Below, piece by piece: positions 13,440 to 25,047 of a DNA stretch of 64,000 bases (position 1 is the stretch's first letter; the number at the start of each line of letters is the position of its first letter). The stretch is from NCBI GenBank assembly GCA_030704615.1, contig CM060731.1, positions 53,072,001 through 53,136,000 on the forward strand, written 5' to 3'. The notes under the pieces were generated by a model. The model was given only the letters and a program-made list of their open reading frames with translations. It did not search any database and had not been told where the DNA came from. The position numbers and the translations under genes were made by a program. This DNA comes from Takakia lepidozioides (taxonomy: Eukaryota > Plantae > Bryophyta).

Positions 13440-13890
13440 CGGCTTCCATGATGCTCCCGCACTTGACATACATGGAGACAAGGGTGTTGAGTAGAAAAAC
13501 ATTTGGCGTGCATCCACTTTGGATAATGTGAGTCAGCACCTGTTTTCCAGTGTCCAGACCTTCCATCTTGATGCACTTAAGCAAGGGACAGACATATGTA
13601 CCTGAATATGCTGAAATGCCTCATTGGCTCCCTCTCTTGATCCTCTTTCAGAAGCTGTGGTCATGGTTGAGGTGCCTGGTTTTATGAACTATGCCGCTGC
13701 AGCTGCAGCCTTTAGTTGACCATCTACCCATGTAGGTTTCTTGTAACTATTGATTCACAGGGAATCACATCTGGTACAATTCCAACTTTGGCGATGCAAC
13801 CATGCACCTCTTTGCCCTTTTCCAGGGCTGCCAGGCTTGCACACGCACTGCAAACGCACACAAACCTAATGTGGTTGGGCTTCACCCTTC
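13440..13890 (-). pseudogene. PLS-class pentatricopeptide-repeat gene fragments
   Basis: VKPNHIRFVCVCSACASLAALEKGKEVHGCIAKVGIVPDV (13890-13760) and LKC..LDTGKQVLTHIIQSGCTPNVFLLNTLVSMYVKCGSIMEA (13590-13440) are typical L/S PPR motifs; no full ORF. Confidence 0.85.
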
Positions 13891-14479
13891 CCCAATCAGG
13901 ATAGAACACCAACTATTCTGAGATACTTAATACTCATTGAGTGTATCTGTGTGCGTGTAAGGATGTGAGATAGTCAATGCTATAGAATGCCCATTAGGTC
14001 AGTTGCTAAATCATCCCAAATGTCGGCCCAGCTGCTATCTCTCCAGGTCGCTCATGGTTTAAGGCGTCATTGGCAGTACGGATTTCTCAGTGTGATACAT
14101 TCACAGTCACAAATGAGTTCAATACCAGCTCTACTGGCAGTTTGATGCTCCGATTGGCATGGACCACTGATTCTACCCGCTGATTCAAGGCCATACCATT
14201 ACCACTCGTTTGTGATAACCAATTTACCCGATCTGTTCTCTCTTTTCCCAAATTTTTGTGGGATGTGCACAAGCAGTATCTATCCGTGTCACTTAACTAC
14301 ATGGCCTAAACAATTTTTTAATGAAAAATCAGCTGTGATAATTTGTTAGCTTGAATTATTAAATATATTTTTAAAATCGGGACCGCCAAAGCTGGCAGTC
14401 CCGATTGATTAAGCACTTTTTTTAAAAATCCAGAATTATCTCGAATTACCAAGAAATATTTATTTAATCGGGACAGCTA

Positions 14480-15450
14480 CTTGACGAGCGCTTGAAGCGG
14501 CGCGGCAATGGTGATAACATATTTAGCTAGGGAGGTTGTGGTGAGTAGTGGTATGGATTGGACTCGAAGAACCGCCCACCCGGCTACGGTTAGTGTTGCG
14601 AGTCCGTGGTCCGCTAGCAGCGGGTACATACAATGTCTACCGTACCTGCCAACACTGTCCAATGAATGTAAAAATAGACTGCCGAAATTATTTTTAAATG
14701 ATGCCATCTCAAGAACGAATATCAGAAATTCGACCCCCATACCTACCCTTCCGAATTTACTTGCAATACCGTTGCACTAGCCACACACATATGTAATATA
14801 AGTGCTTTTTTATTAGTTATCATGAAAATTTCCGGAACTACAGAAATTTAAAAAAAAAAACCCTGTCGGACCCCTTCTTAAAGAAACATTAATTAGTCCG
14901 GCGGGGTTCTGACGAATAGCATAGGCAAGTACAGTCCAACAAAAAAAAAATTAGATTCGTTTTTTCACGCCATAATTTGCGTTCCTACGTCCTACGATAT
15001 TTTTATGGTTTGTTGTATTTTAATTGCATTCCAAGTCTTAATTTATTTACTAAACGTTTATAGCTAGGATTCGTTTTAAGTCCCTTCACGAAGCGTCTTA
15101 CCAGACTTAGGAAGGAAATGGTAAACAACCTTCCCCAATGCCCCTCCAATTAGTAGGTGCTTGGATTCAAGATGCGGCTAACTCTCCCCCCTAAAACCTC
15201 AATTTCTAATTTTAAAGGGGTTCCAATATTCCACACATCAATGATCAATTTAGTGGAATAAACAAAACAGAATAATGAGTAAAAATTATAAAATAAATAC
15301 AAAAATAGGAAAACTCTTATGGATATAGGGATCTAAAGGGGATCCCAAAGATCCTATTAGCACATCCAAGGGAGTGTGGGAATAGCCCGGGAACACACCT
15401 TCAAGTTGGGAGCGTTGGAAAATGGTTCCTAGGCGGCGGGCAGAGCAACT
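14480..15450 (+). repeat. Non-coding TE-family segment, inverted homolog of about 29200-30200
   Basis: AATTTGCGTTCCTACGTCCTACG..TTGCATTCCAAG (~14974) matches the reverse complement of 29930-29996; CTCGAAGAACCGCCCAC (~14563) matches the reverse complement of ~30099-30115. Confidence 0.7.
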
Positions 15451-15539
15451 CCATCAACGAATGTAGATCATCCACCAAGTCAAAACTTGAAATGGGTTAA
15501 ATGCTTATAATAATCAGGATGCATTGAAGAAGTTAGTCA

Positions 15540-15760
15540 ATGTCCGCGTAGACGCCAGACGGATGTTACCTCAGCATTGAAGTGCAGCTCGTATGCGTTA
15601 CACGTGGACAAATATGTCCGTGACTACTTTTGTGTCTAAATGTACCCCATAACTATTTGATACAACATACTCGACATATATATTTACGCAGACACGGAGT
15701 CATTTTAGTTACAACTAATACTTAGTCATAAACAACAGTCATAAAACATCTGTTGAAGTG
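15540..15760 (+). mobile_element. Degenerate CACTA 3' terminus, possibly the end of the element carrying TnpD at 1-9872
   Basis: GTCATA subterminal motifs ending in ..ATCTGTTGAAGTG, close to the clean terminus ..ATATGTTGTAGTG at 55048. Confidence 0.5.
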
Positions 15761-15799
15761 TAAATTTCTAAGTGCTTTACCAACGATTCCCATATAACT

Positions 15800-16850
15800 A
15801 AAAATTAGTGTTCATTTCAAATGTGTCATGTTGTACATTGGGGTGGAAGGTTGTCCTCCATAAGGATCCTCGAGCTCCAAGAGTAGTAGCAGATGTCAAC
15901 GAGGTTGACCGTGGGGAAAATGCGGACTTCGTGGGATTAATGGAACCAGGGAATGAAGTCGCTTTGTGTATGTACTCTTCTTCATCTTCATGTACATATC
16001 CATCTATGCAGACGAGCACTCCGAACTCCAGAAATGTCTCATGTACTTCTCAAAGTCATGAAATTTAAAGACAAATTTTGCCTCAATTTTGCATTAAAAT
16101 AATAGCAATAAGCCAAATCAACAGTCTGAATTGTCATCACTCTGCATTTAAGCTCCAAGATTCCAAGCCAATAATGAGGGGTTAGAGGGACACTGATAAA
16201 ACAGACCAGGAACGGCATAGCCTTAATGAATAGGGGAATTCACCTAAACATCATTTCATTATGCAATGGAAAACATAAAAGTGCTCATGTGCTTTCCGTC
16301 TCGAAGTCGCTCCATTGTCCTACACTATTGTCCTCCACAACTCCAGCAAATGTTCAATTTTGTGCTTGCACAATCTCTTCAGCCGTCAAGGCAATAGCAC
16401 ATTTTAAACACATTGGCTGAACCATGGTGGAATGCTTCTGCAGACTACGCAGTTCAAAAATACGATTCATGACAGTATGTTAGGTAATTCCAGAGTACCC
16501 CCAAACATGACAGAATGTAAGGAAGAGGGAGTTTCTTGTACCTTCTAGTAAGGCAAATCCTACAGAATGCTACACCACTTTATCCCATGCTGCTTGGCTA
16601 GATCTCCAGCCCCTCCGGATGTTCCTCCATCTGCAATGAAGTGGTTGTACTCTTCAGCAAATTGCAATGTCTCCTCCGGTGTAACGCGTTGTGCATGGGC
16701 TGAAGAAGAGCTTGGTACAGATGGGAGCTTACATCTTGTGAGGTGCAAGGCCTGTTCCACCATCAACAAGAGGCCCATGCTCATGGCCCCAAGTGGAACA
16801 CACTCATCAAGCACGAGGAGAGGAGGAGGGCCAAAGGGATATTGTAGATG
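15800..16850. pseudogene. Scrambled transposase scraps (CACTA on + and -, hAT N-terminal zinc finger on +)
   Basis: GWKVVLHKDPRAPRVV (+, ~15840); GGTSGGAGDLAKQHGIKWCSIL (-, 16690-16560); WAEEELGTDGSLHLVRCKACSTINKRPMLMAP (+, 16695-16830). Confidence 0.7.
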
Positions 16851-18371
16851 CATATAATGGTACATTTTTCTGTTCAGATCGTTTTTTATTTCAAGACAAA
16901 CAGTTTCGGCATTGTACTGCCAAAACATGGTAGTTTGTTAGTTATTTAGAAATCGTTGGTAAAGCATGTAGGAACTTAGAATATGTCTGCGACGACCATG
17001 GAGAGAAGCTCTGACGTCAAGATAACCGTAGGAAGCTGCATCGACAGCAGATTAGGCTGCCAATTCTGGTACCAGTAATGGCAATGTGCACCTGTTCAAA
17101 CAATACATGACGACTGTTAAGGGGGGGTCACTATATGTATTTTCCATATCACGTGCGTACAAAGGTATATTTATACTAGGCTATATTTTTAAATTTTTGC
17201 ATTTTTTTCCACTCTATCTTTATTTAATATTGTAAAACCCTTTCTTTCACAATACCCTATTTTTCTTTATAATTTGTTTTTACAATAATTAATTAGACCC
17301 TATTTTAAATTTTCTATTTAAGTAAATGCAAAATTTCAAAGCATGTACATAAACAACATTCCATACATAAGTCAAATCCTGGACCCAAATAAAAGTTTAA
17401 TTTTCATTAGCCACGAACTCATTCAAAGCCGCAGCATCACTTGGATCTAAAGAGTACAAGTTCTGAGATGGTTCAAATGTCATAGTCACTGTTGATATTA
17501 TGGTCTCAACATTAATCCACTGTATATCACTGGAATCATATTTGAACTTCATGTGACCTCTGCCTCTAGAGAACCAATTCAAAAAACATCATAATCGAAG
17601 GACCCCCAGATTTGGGTAGAACAGATTTATTCATCAAATAAGCCCGATGAATAAATGAAGTTTTGAGAAGATTTCATCCTGATGGATTACAGTTGGATGA
17701 AATATAAGAAACTTCACAATGACGGATATATTATACTGTAGATAAAACCCTTTATTACATTAACTTTTAAAGTAAAACTCTGGATTTTTTGTGACCTTTC
17801 TTTTAAAAAAACTGAGTGAAAGGATATTGTCCTACCATATTTTCTAAGTAAAACTTTTCTAAAATTTACCTCAAAAAAATAAACTACATCCTATATTTGT
17901 TCTCACGTGGTTTTGAAAATACGGGGAGTGACCTCCCAAGACGATTGTTCGTGTCCCGGACTGCGATCACTCTGTTCTCCCATCTTTCAAGTTCAGTAGG
18001 AACACACGGCGAGGACTTTGGCAATTGGAAGAAACCATATGTACAGCGATGAAATATCGCGACAAAGCAATATGCTGCATCGGAGCAAACGACGGAGTAG
18101 TAAGCTTTACAGGGAAGATGTGACTCCCCAGTGATGCAGAGCATGTAGAAGAACGCTCTAGGAAGGATAGGACCCAGTGGCAGGGCCAAAGACCCCCAGG
18201 CACCATTAGTTATTTATTTCCCAAGAAGGAACAACTTTCGATATGACGAATCGGCGAAAACCGGCGATGGAAAAATCTGGTCATCCCCAATCACCCTGAA
18301 ACTTTGCAGGTATCTACACGGTATTTAATTATAATTTGTCACCAAGTTTGGTGATTTATGGAGGAGATTAG

Positions 18372-18996
18372 TGATGGCACCAAATTATCAAGTCAACGAC
18401 GCTCACGGGAGCCAATTATTTGAGTTTTTGCTTCATGGATGGATGAAAAATCCTAAATTCTCCCTAAGGAGCTGGATGGATGAAATGAAAACTCGCGCCA
18501 ACTGGTCATCCACAAGGATGGATGAAAAACCAGTTTTCATTGGCCTCCAAGACTTTCCATCCATTTTGAATATTAAACTATAGATCCTTCAAGGTTATAA
18601 TAGTTTAATGAATATTTCTCATTAGTTTTTTAGGCTCAAAATCAGTATAAAAGAAGAGCAAGGCCCTCCTTGTTCTTCACCTAGTTCATGTGTATAGTTT
18701 CCTCTTGCTTTGTTATTTAGATGCTTGCTAGTTTGTGGCTTAAGGAAGCCTATGTCCTAGGGGGTGGAGCTTGAAGCTCCCTAGCTAGGAAGGAGTCTTG
18801 AGAGCTAAGGCAAGAGTCCTAGCTTGTAGGCCTTTGAGCCATTTTCATTTGTGAATGGAGAAGGGCAAGTCATGTGGAAGAAGGCGACTTGAGGACGAGT
18901 AGGGATGCCAATATGGACCTAGCGACGAGTACCCAAGAGTGGACCGCGTAGAGTACCCATTACACGAGTCGATAGAGCATCCCAAGCACTCACGCA
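18372..18996 (+). mobile_element. LTR-like element, copy 1 of 3
   Basis: TG(A)TGGCACC.AATTAT start after a purine-rich GGAGGAGA, internal TATA-like GTATAAAAG, conserved 3' block GACTTGA.GACGAG..AGTACC..TAGAGCATC, CA end. Upstream 17900-18370 resembles 35950-36390. Confidence 0.55.
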
Positions 18997-19571
18997 TTGG
19001 AAGGTTGACCCTATCTTATCCCCCCAACCTATATTGTTGTGTCCCTACAAGACAGTCTCCTGGTAGGCCCCCTTTAAGTTCAACTCGATGTAACCAGAAG
19101 CGCATATTATTCCCAAAGTCACATGGATCGAATCCTGCATGTACATATGAGAAGAGATGCCACTACCATCAGTTGAGGCCAGAATATTATAGTTTCTAGC
19201 CTGCCAGCAAGACAATGTAAATTGCACATTCTCCTCTTAAACAGTGTCGTACCACTATTTCAAGCTTGACAAAAATGTATATTTTGCCACAACTTCCAAG
19301 GGTTCGAATGGGCGCTTATTTTGTAAGACTTTCTATAGGGTGAAAAGAAAGTGAAAACACTATCCAGAGACCATTAGAATGAAACATCTTGTGGGATTGG
19401 ATAGTTGTTCAAAGGTAGAACCTCCAACACTTCGTTCTGAACGTTATGAAAGTTTGGCTCCACAAGGATTCTTGCAATGGCAGACCTCATGGAATCACCC
19501 TATCTTTGGATATGGTGGTGCACACCAATAATTGCATAGAATTATCCTAGGAAGTGATTTGTTTGGCTCAC

Positions 19572-21423
19572 GTCATCAACATGAGGCTTGCCCCAACCTC
19601 CAGCATGGTATCCGAATGAAGTGCCATCTGGGATTGGTGCATTCAGCCCAGGAATCTTCAAGTGTGGATAAGAAGGAGGAGGCCCATATTGCTGAAAAGC
19701 AGCAACATAAGTCTGAAATGAGCAAACAAGTATAAATGGCTGAGAAACAAGCAAAGTCTAGAGATCGTTGGAGACAACTACAAACAAATTTTTAATGAAC
19801 CCAACCGAAGTGTTTGATTGCCTGCATGAGGGCCAACATCCTGACACCCCAAAAAATACATTTTCGGAGTAAGATGCATTAGCCATACTCCAAATTCAGA
19901 AAACTTGCAAAAGCATAGAAAATTTCTCTAACAAACTTTTATCAAAATTAAGGCATGGATATAGAATCAACTCAAACCAAAGTGTAATTATGTCTATCCT
20001 GACCTCCATTCAACTACTATTCCTACCTGGGATTGGTGCATTCAACCCAGGAATCTTCAAATGTGGATAAGAAGGAGGAGGCCCATATCGCTGAAAAGCA
20101 GCAACATAAGTCTGAAATGAGCAAACAAGTATAAATGGCTGAGAAACAAGCAAAGTCTAGAGATCGTTAGAGACAACTACAAACAAATCTTTAATGAACC
20201 CAACCGAAGTGTTTGATTGCCCGCATGAGGGCCAACATCCTGACACCCCAAAAAATACATTTTCGGAGTAAGATGCATTAGCCATACTCCAAATTCAGAA
20301 AACTTGCAAAAGCATAGAAAATTTCTCTAACAAACTTTTATCAAAATTAAGGCATGGATATAGAATCAACTCAAACAAAAGTGTTATTATGTCTATCCTG
20401 ACCTCCATTCAACTACTATTCCTACCTCTATGCCAAGGCTTGGTATATATATATATATATGAAAATTAAAGACAGTAGAACGGAGGTCCCAGGTGAAAAT
20501 GGTAAGAAGAACAATTCCAACAGACCTGCATATTAATAAGCCAAGGAGGAGGTGCCCCATCTGGCATGCCAAAGGGGTTCTTTCAGCTCCTGGGATAGTT
20601 GTTCAGGATTCATCTCTCGGAGTTTCACCTCACAAAAACAACCAACAAAAAAACCAGCCTTAGATGTTTGATTCGGTGCTTCTTCACTAAACCACATAGC
20701 AATGTGCACAAGGTAGGCTATACAGTCAATTGGCAAAGTGTCATATAACACACTACATTTCTTTACATTGACACATTTTCGAGTAGTTAAGATCCTAGGA
20801 CACCAAAAATAAAACAGAAAGGGCTGAAGCTTCAGGGGGAACACATCATTTTACCATCACAATCCTGGAGCATCATGATAAAGATCACCATGATGAGTAA
20901 GCTTTGGCTTTGTTTGATACTCGAAAAAAGCATCATGCAACATCTGACAAAGGTTGACAAAAGTAAGCCAGCCAGAATTTAAGAATAATTTCTCATATTG
21001 GGGGATCGGGTCAATATTCCCGAACTGGGAAGTGGCAGCGGATGGTAACGTACATAAACCATACCGAAATGAATGCAGGAAGACTGCCACACCAGTATCA
21101 AATACCATATCTAGAAGGTAATGCAAACCCTAAGCTCAAATTTCATCACTAGGCAGAAAGGAGTAAAACTTCACATAATGATAACTGAACTTCTGACTGT
21201 TTGGTGTTCTGAGCTAGCTAATCACCATGTGGCAATTCATTGCCTGCACCATAACGCAACATTGATGTGGTTTGTAATCTCCAGATTAAAGAACAAGATA
21301 GCCATCAAGAGACCTTGAGATAAGACACACCTGGTAATCAATGTCCATCTTTCCCAACTTGGGTTGCATCTTCTCTCTCTGCTTCTGCTTAAGCTTCTTA
21401 CTATCCTCCTTTTCAATGTATGC
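19572..21423 (-). pseudogene. SF3B2: Splicing factor 3B subunit 2 (SAP145) internal gene fragment with introns
   Basis: Exons AYIEKEDSKKLKQKQREKMQPKLGKMDIDYQ, LHDAFFEYQTKPKLTHHGDLY, VKLREMNPEQLSQELKE..MPDGAPPPWLINM and QYGPPPSYPHLKIPGLNAPIPDGTSFGYHAGGWGKP (PSP domain). No 5' or 3' exons found; frameshifted. Confidence 0.9.
19628..20427. repeat. Near-perfect ~400-bp tandem duplication of an SF3B2 exon part plus intron
   Basis: 19628-20028 is repeated at offset 399 with few substitutions. Confidence 0.92.
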
Positions 21424-22609
21424 CTGGGACCACAACATGTTGACAGATGGTATCATGCATCAGTTGAGAAGGAAATAACCAAAAGAATAAGACTCGGTCA
21501 TCCACTAGAAACAAGTCCAACTGGTCATAAGTCATAACTCAAAACCTTGACACTACTAAGGCTAAGAGACAAAAAGGCCAACTACGTACATGCCGTCACC
21601 CAACTTCCAATCCAAGAAGCTCATTCCACCTGGGCTCCTTGCTTCATCGCACATTCCATCTTTGTCATACTTGAAGTGCATGCCATAGCGAAATCTCCTT
21701 CATCCCATATTGGCTTAATCAGTCAGTCTCAAATAAGCTTTTTCCCCGGTGTGTGTAGTTTATTAAATGTGCAAGCATATGCTTAACAAATCCCCAGTTC
21801 ATGAAGGCTACCTCAACTTACGCTGGAGTCACACCAAACTTACACATCTCACTTACTTTGAATGCGTGCTGCCTAAACCTAAAAGCACATCCATACCTGT
21901 CTAATCTTCTCAATGCTAGTTGCGGCAATGAAATCAGGAAACTGGAACGGCTGCTTCTCAATGCCTCGCTTCCCTTGAAAGCACAATTATAGTCAGAACC
22001 ACATATGACAATGCTGTTGCAAAGATGTGTTTGATCTAAACAAGAACTCAGTAAATACATTAGCAAAGCAATGTCAACTTTGTGTCCCTTTGAAGTTAAC
22101 ATAGTCATATAGATTTCTTTGTTGCAGGATGCAGGAGGCAAAATATTGCATAAATGCATGGCATAATACGCAAGACATGACTGTAGAGAGGCTCCTTAGC
22201 ATGGCATAGCTCCAGAGCCAGAAAATTGTGAGGCCTGAAAATGTGCCAGATAAATGTTCGGAGCAGACTACGCTTACCCGACGAGTTGAATGCAAGTGTG
22301 GGAGCCTTGCCTGTACAGTCGCCGGGGATGGCCGTACCGGTGACGTTCCGGCGGGGCGCACTGTCAAATCCCCACCCCCCCCCCCTTGCTCCCCTCTCAC
22401 CTGCGAGCCTGTATTTGTAGAATAAAGCATTAGGAAATCAAAGTTGTAGCAAGAGGTGGATGGTAATGTGGTGGCTAGGTGATGAGCGTTACGAAGATGA
22501 GGTTTGAGGTTCAATCCTTGGCAGTTGTATCGCGTTGATTGATTGGATGCACGTGGGATTGATTAATATATCTTTTCATCTCCAAAATAATCCTAAATCC
22601 AAGATCGTG

Positions 22610-22950
22610 GCTACGCTCCCCTGTTCCCTTTGTCCCCTCATTTCCCAGTCCCGCTCCCCTATCCTTGTCCCTTGTCCTCGCTCCTCTGTTCTTGGTCCTC
22701 GCTCCCCTCCTTGCCGTATGGAACGCGGCTCGCTCCGTTGTTCCCGGTCCTCGCTCCCCTCGTCGTCCTATGGAATGTGGCTCGCTCCCCTATTCCCGGT
22801 CCTCGCTCCCTTCCTCGTCCTATGGAACACGGCTCACTCCCCTCCTCGTCCCGGTTCCCGGTCCTCGCTCCCCTACTCGTATGGCTCGCTCCCCTGTTGG
22901 TCCCCGCTCCCCTGGCCCACTATGGGGAGCAAGGATCTTGGACCGGGAAC
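22610..22950. repeat. Pyrimidine-rich minisatellite of (GG)TCCTCGCTCCCCT / GGCTCGCTCCCCT motifs, probably TE-subterminal
   Basis: About ten CTCGCTCC(C) copies, then an inverted GGGGAGCAAGGA..GGACCGGGAAC. Confidence 0.7.
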
Positions 22951-24771
22951 ATGAGAGCAAAATTGAAGAATGTTTGGGAAAATGGTCCTAAAAATGGGGA
23001 GCGTGAGGAGGGAGGAGGAGGTGTGGAGCGCTCCCCACCTTCACAGTGGGGGAAGAGATTTGACATGTAGTATGCCAGAGCCTCCCTGAGCTCAGGCCAA
23101 CGGGCCCCACCACCTCACACGTTGCCTTAAACTCGTCGGGTAAGCATAGTCCTTGCCTAAATGTTCCTCCTGTCTCACATACTAAACCATACACATATGC
23201 AACATAAGAAGCAACATTGTGGGTTCTGTGACAATGAAATCAAGTCTGTTTTGTTCTGCATTGCACAAGCACGCTACATAGGGTCAACACCAGAAAATAC
23301 ACACCATACTGGGAAATGGAAGCTGAAAGCACAGCAGATAGGGAGGAGACGAGAAACACAAAGAGATACTAACCACCAAAAAGTTGCGCCAGGCCAATAT
23401 ATCGAAGGCCACAAGGCCGATGCCATCAACCTGATAATCGCATTGATGGCAGTAGTGCCTCCATTGTGCAGCTGAAATATAGCCACTTTTCTAGCCTTGC
23501 CACCTTGTTATTCTCGCCATGTGGGCACTCGATAGAATTCATAGGTGGCCCCGCCAGCGATTTTTGAGAAATAAAAAACAATACACCGAAATTAAACATT
23601 AAAAAATATATACATAGTTTATTAAAATTGCCAAGAAAAATAGACCTAACAAAATATGCAATTTCATAAATGTTTTACCAAGGGAGTGCAGGACCCGGGT
23701 GTAATTTGAGGAGAGGTTCAATTAGGGCAGGTGGTATCTGGGGGAGGTGTAGCGGGGAATTGACAATTTTTTTGACACTGATGGGTAGTCTCTTCTTTAA
23801 AGAGGAGCCAACAAAACAAAACAAAACAAAAGTCTCGATTCATATAAAATAATATGGAAAACCAAAATGTTAATGTGGAGAATTAAAGATAAAATACATG
23901 ATGAATGCTGGAACAAATATTCATTAACTAGAAAACAACAAAGTTTTTTCATGAAACCGTGACATTAAGTCAAAATCCAAACGATTTGAAATCCAAACCA
24001 ATTGAAAATAAAGATGAAAAAGATATCATATAAACAACATTCATAATCCAAATTTACTAACTTGTTGTATCAAAATGAGCCACAGTCATTACACCGTTCA
24101 AATTAATATCAAATGAAATAAATTGTCATCTTTCCATATAAAACTTGAATATAGCCCATCTATCTTGAGGTTGTTGTCACAATTGGTCGCTAGTAGTGTG
24201 GAGCAACGCGAAGCTCTAGTGTGTGTATATATATTAGGGTAGCATGTGCCGTTGGCCGTTGGTGTGTAAGCTATTTGAGTCATTCATGGTGTCTCTCTGA
24301 GTGGGAACTATGGATTGGAGTCATTACTAACAGAGTGGTGTGTAAGTGATTAGGAATACCAAGTGATTAGGAATACCACTGGAGGAATTCATACCACTAG
24401 TACAGTAACATATATGTGACTACTTATACCGCTATACAAGTGGTAATGTAGGCAATTGTGTGCATTTGGCTACTCCCACAGTTTTAAATTATACCACTAT
24501 TACAGTGATGTGCAAGTGATTATGAACATGACTAGAGGAACACATACCACTAGTGTAGTGTTTAAAGAAGTGCCATTGAGGATTCAAGCTCCACAAAATA
24601 GAATAGAATCCCAGAGAGTTAAGTGCTGGAACACTGTCAACAAAATCCAGCCATGATAAAAGCACTAAGCCTAACTTCTACACGGCGTCTCCGCATGCAT
24701 GCTAGGAACATTGAACTGCTTTCATGCCTTCTTCTCACTGCCAGCAATGTCTATGCCCGGGCGAACGAAAT

Positions 24772-25047
24772 CTAAGCCCTCTTCATATTCTTCTCTGGCC
24801 AAAGACAATTTAGACCAACGACATCCTCCAACATTGTTTGCGGTGGGACCTCTTCCTCGTTAGGGTGAGGCAAGACACAATTGGCAATATAGATATCATT
24901 CACCTCAACCCGCCACAATCCCTCAGGTATAACATGGTAGTGATATGTATCTTTGCCAAGCACACCAGTGACAATTCCACTGGCAGCCCTATGTCGTGGT
25001 AAATGAGGATCATACAGGCTAATTTTGTCCTTCAACTTAAACTGCAC
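24772..25047 (-). pseudogene. CACTA TnpA-like terminal exon (Tnp1/En/Spm-like domain)
   Basis: FKLKDKISLYD..ASGIV..HYHVIPEGLWRVEV..LPHPN..LEDVVG..LWP has the same layout as the last exon at 53606-53887. Confidence 0.65.

Noticed and set aside
22468-22525. tRNA or SINE head (A-box-like TGGCTAGGTG, B-box-like GGTTCAATCC)
   Set aside because: No convincing cloverleaf, tail or TSD.
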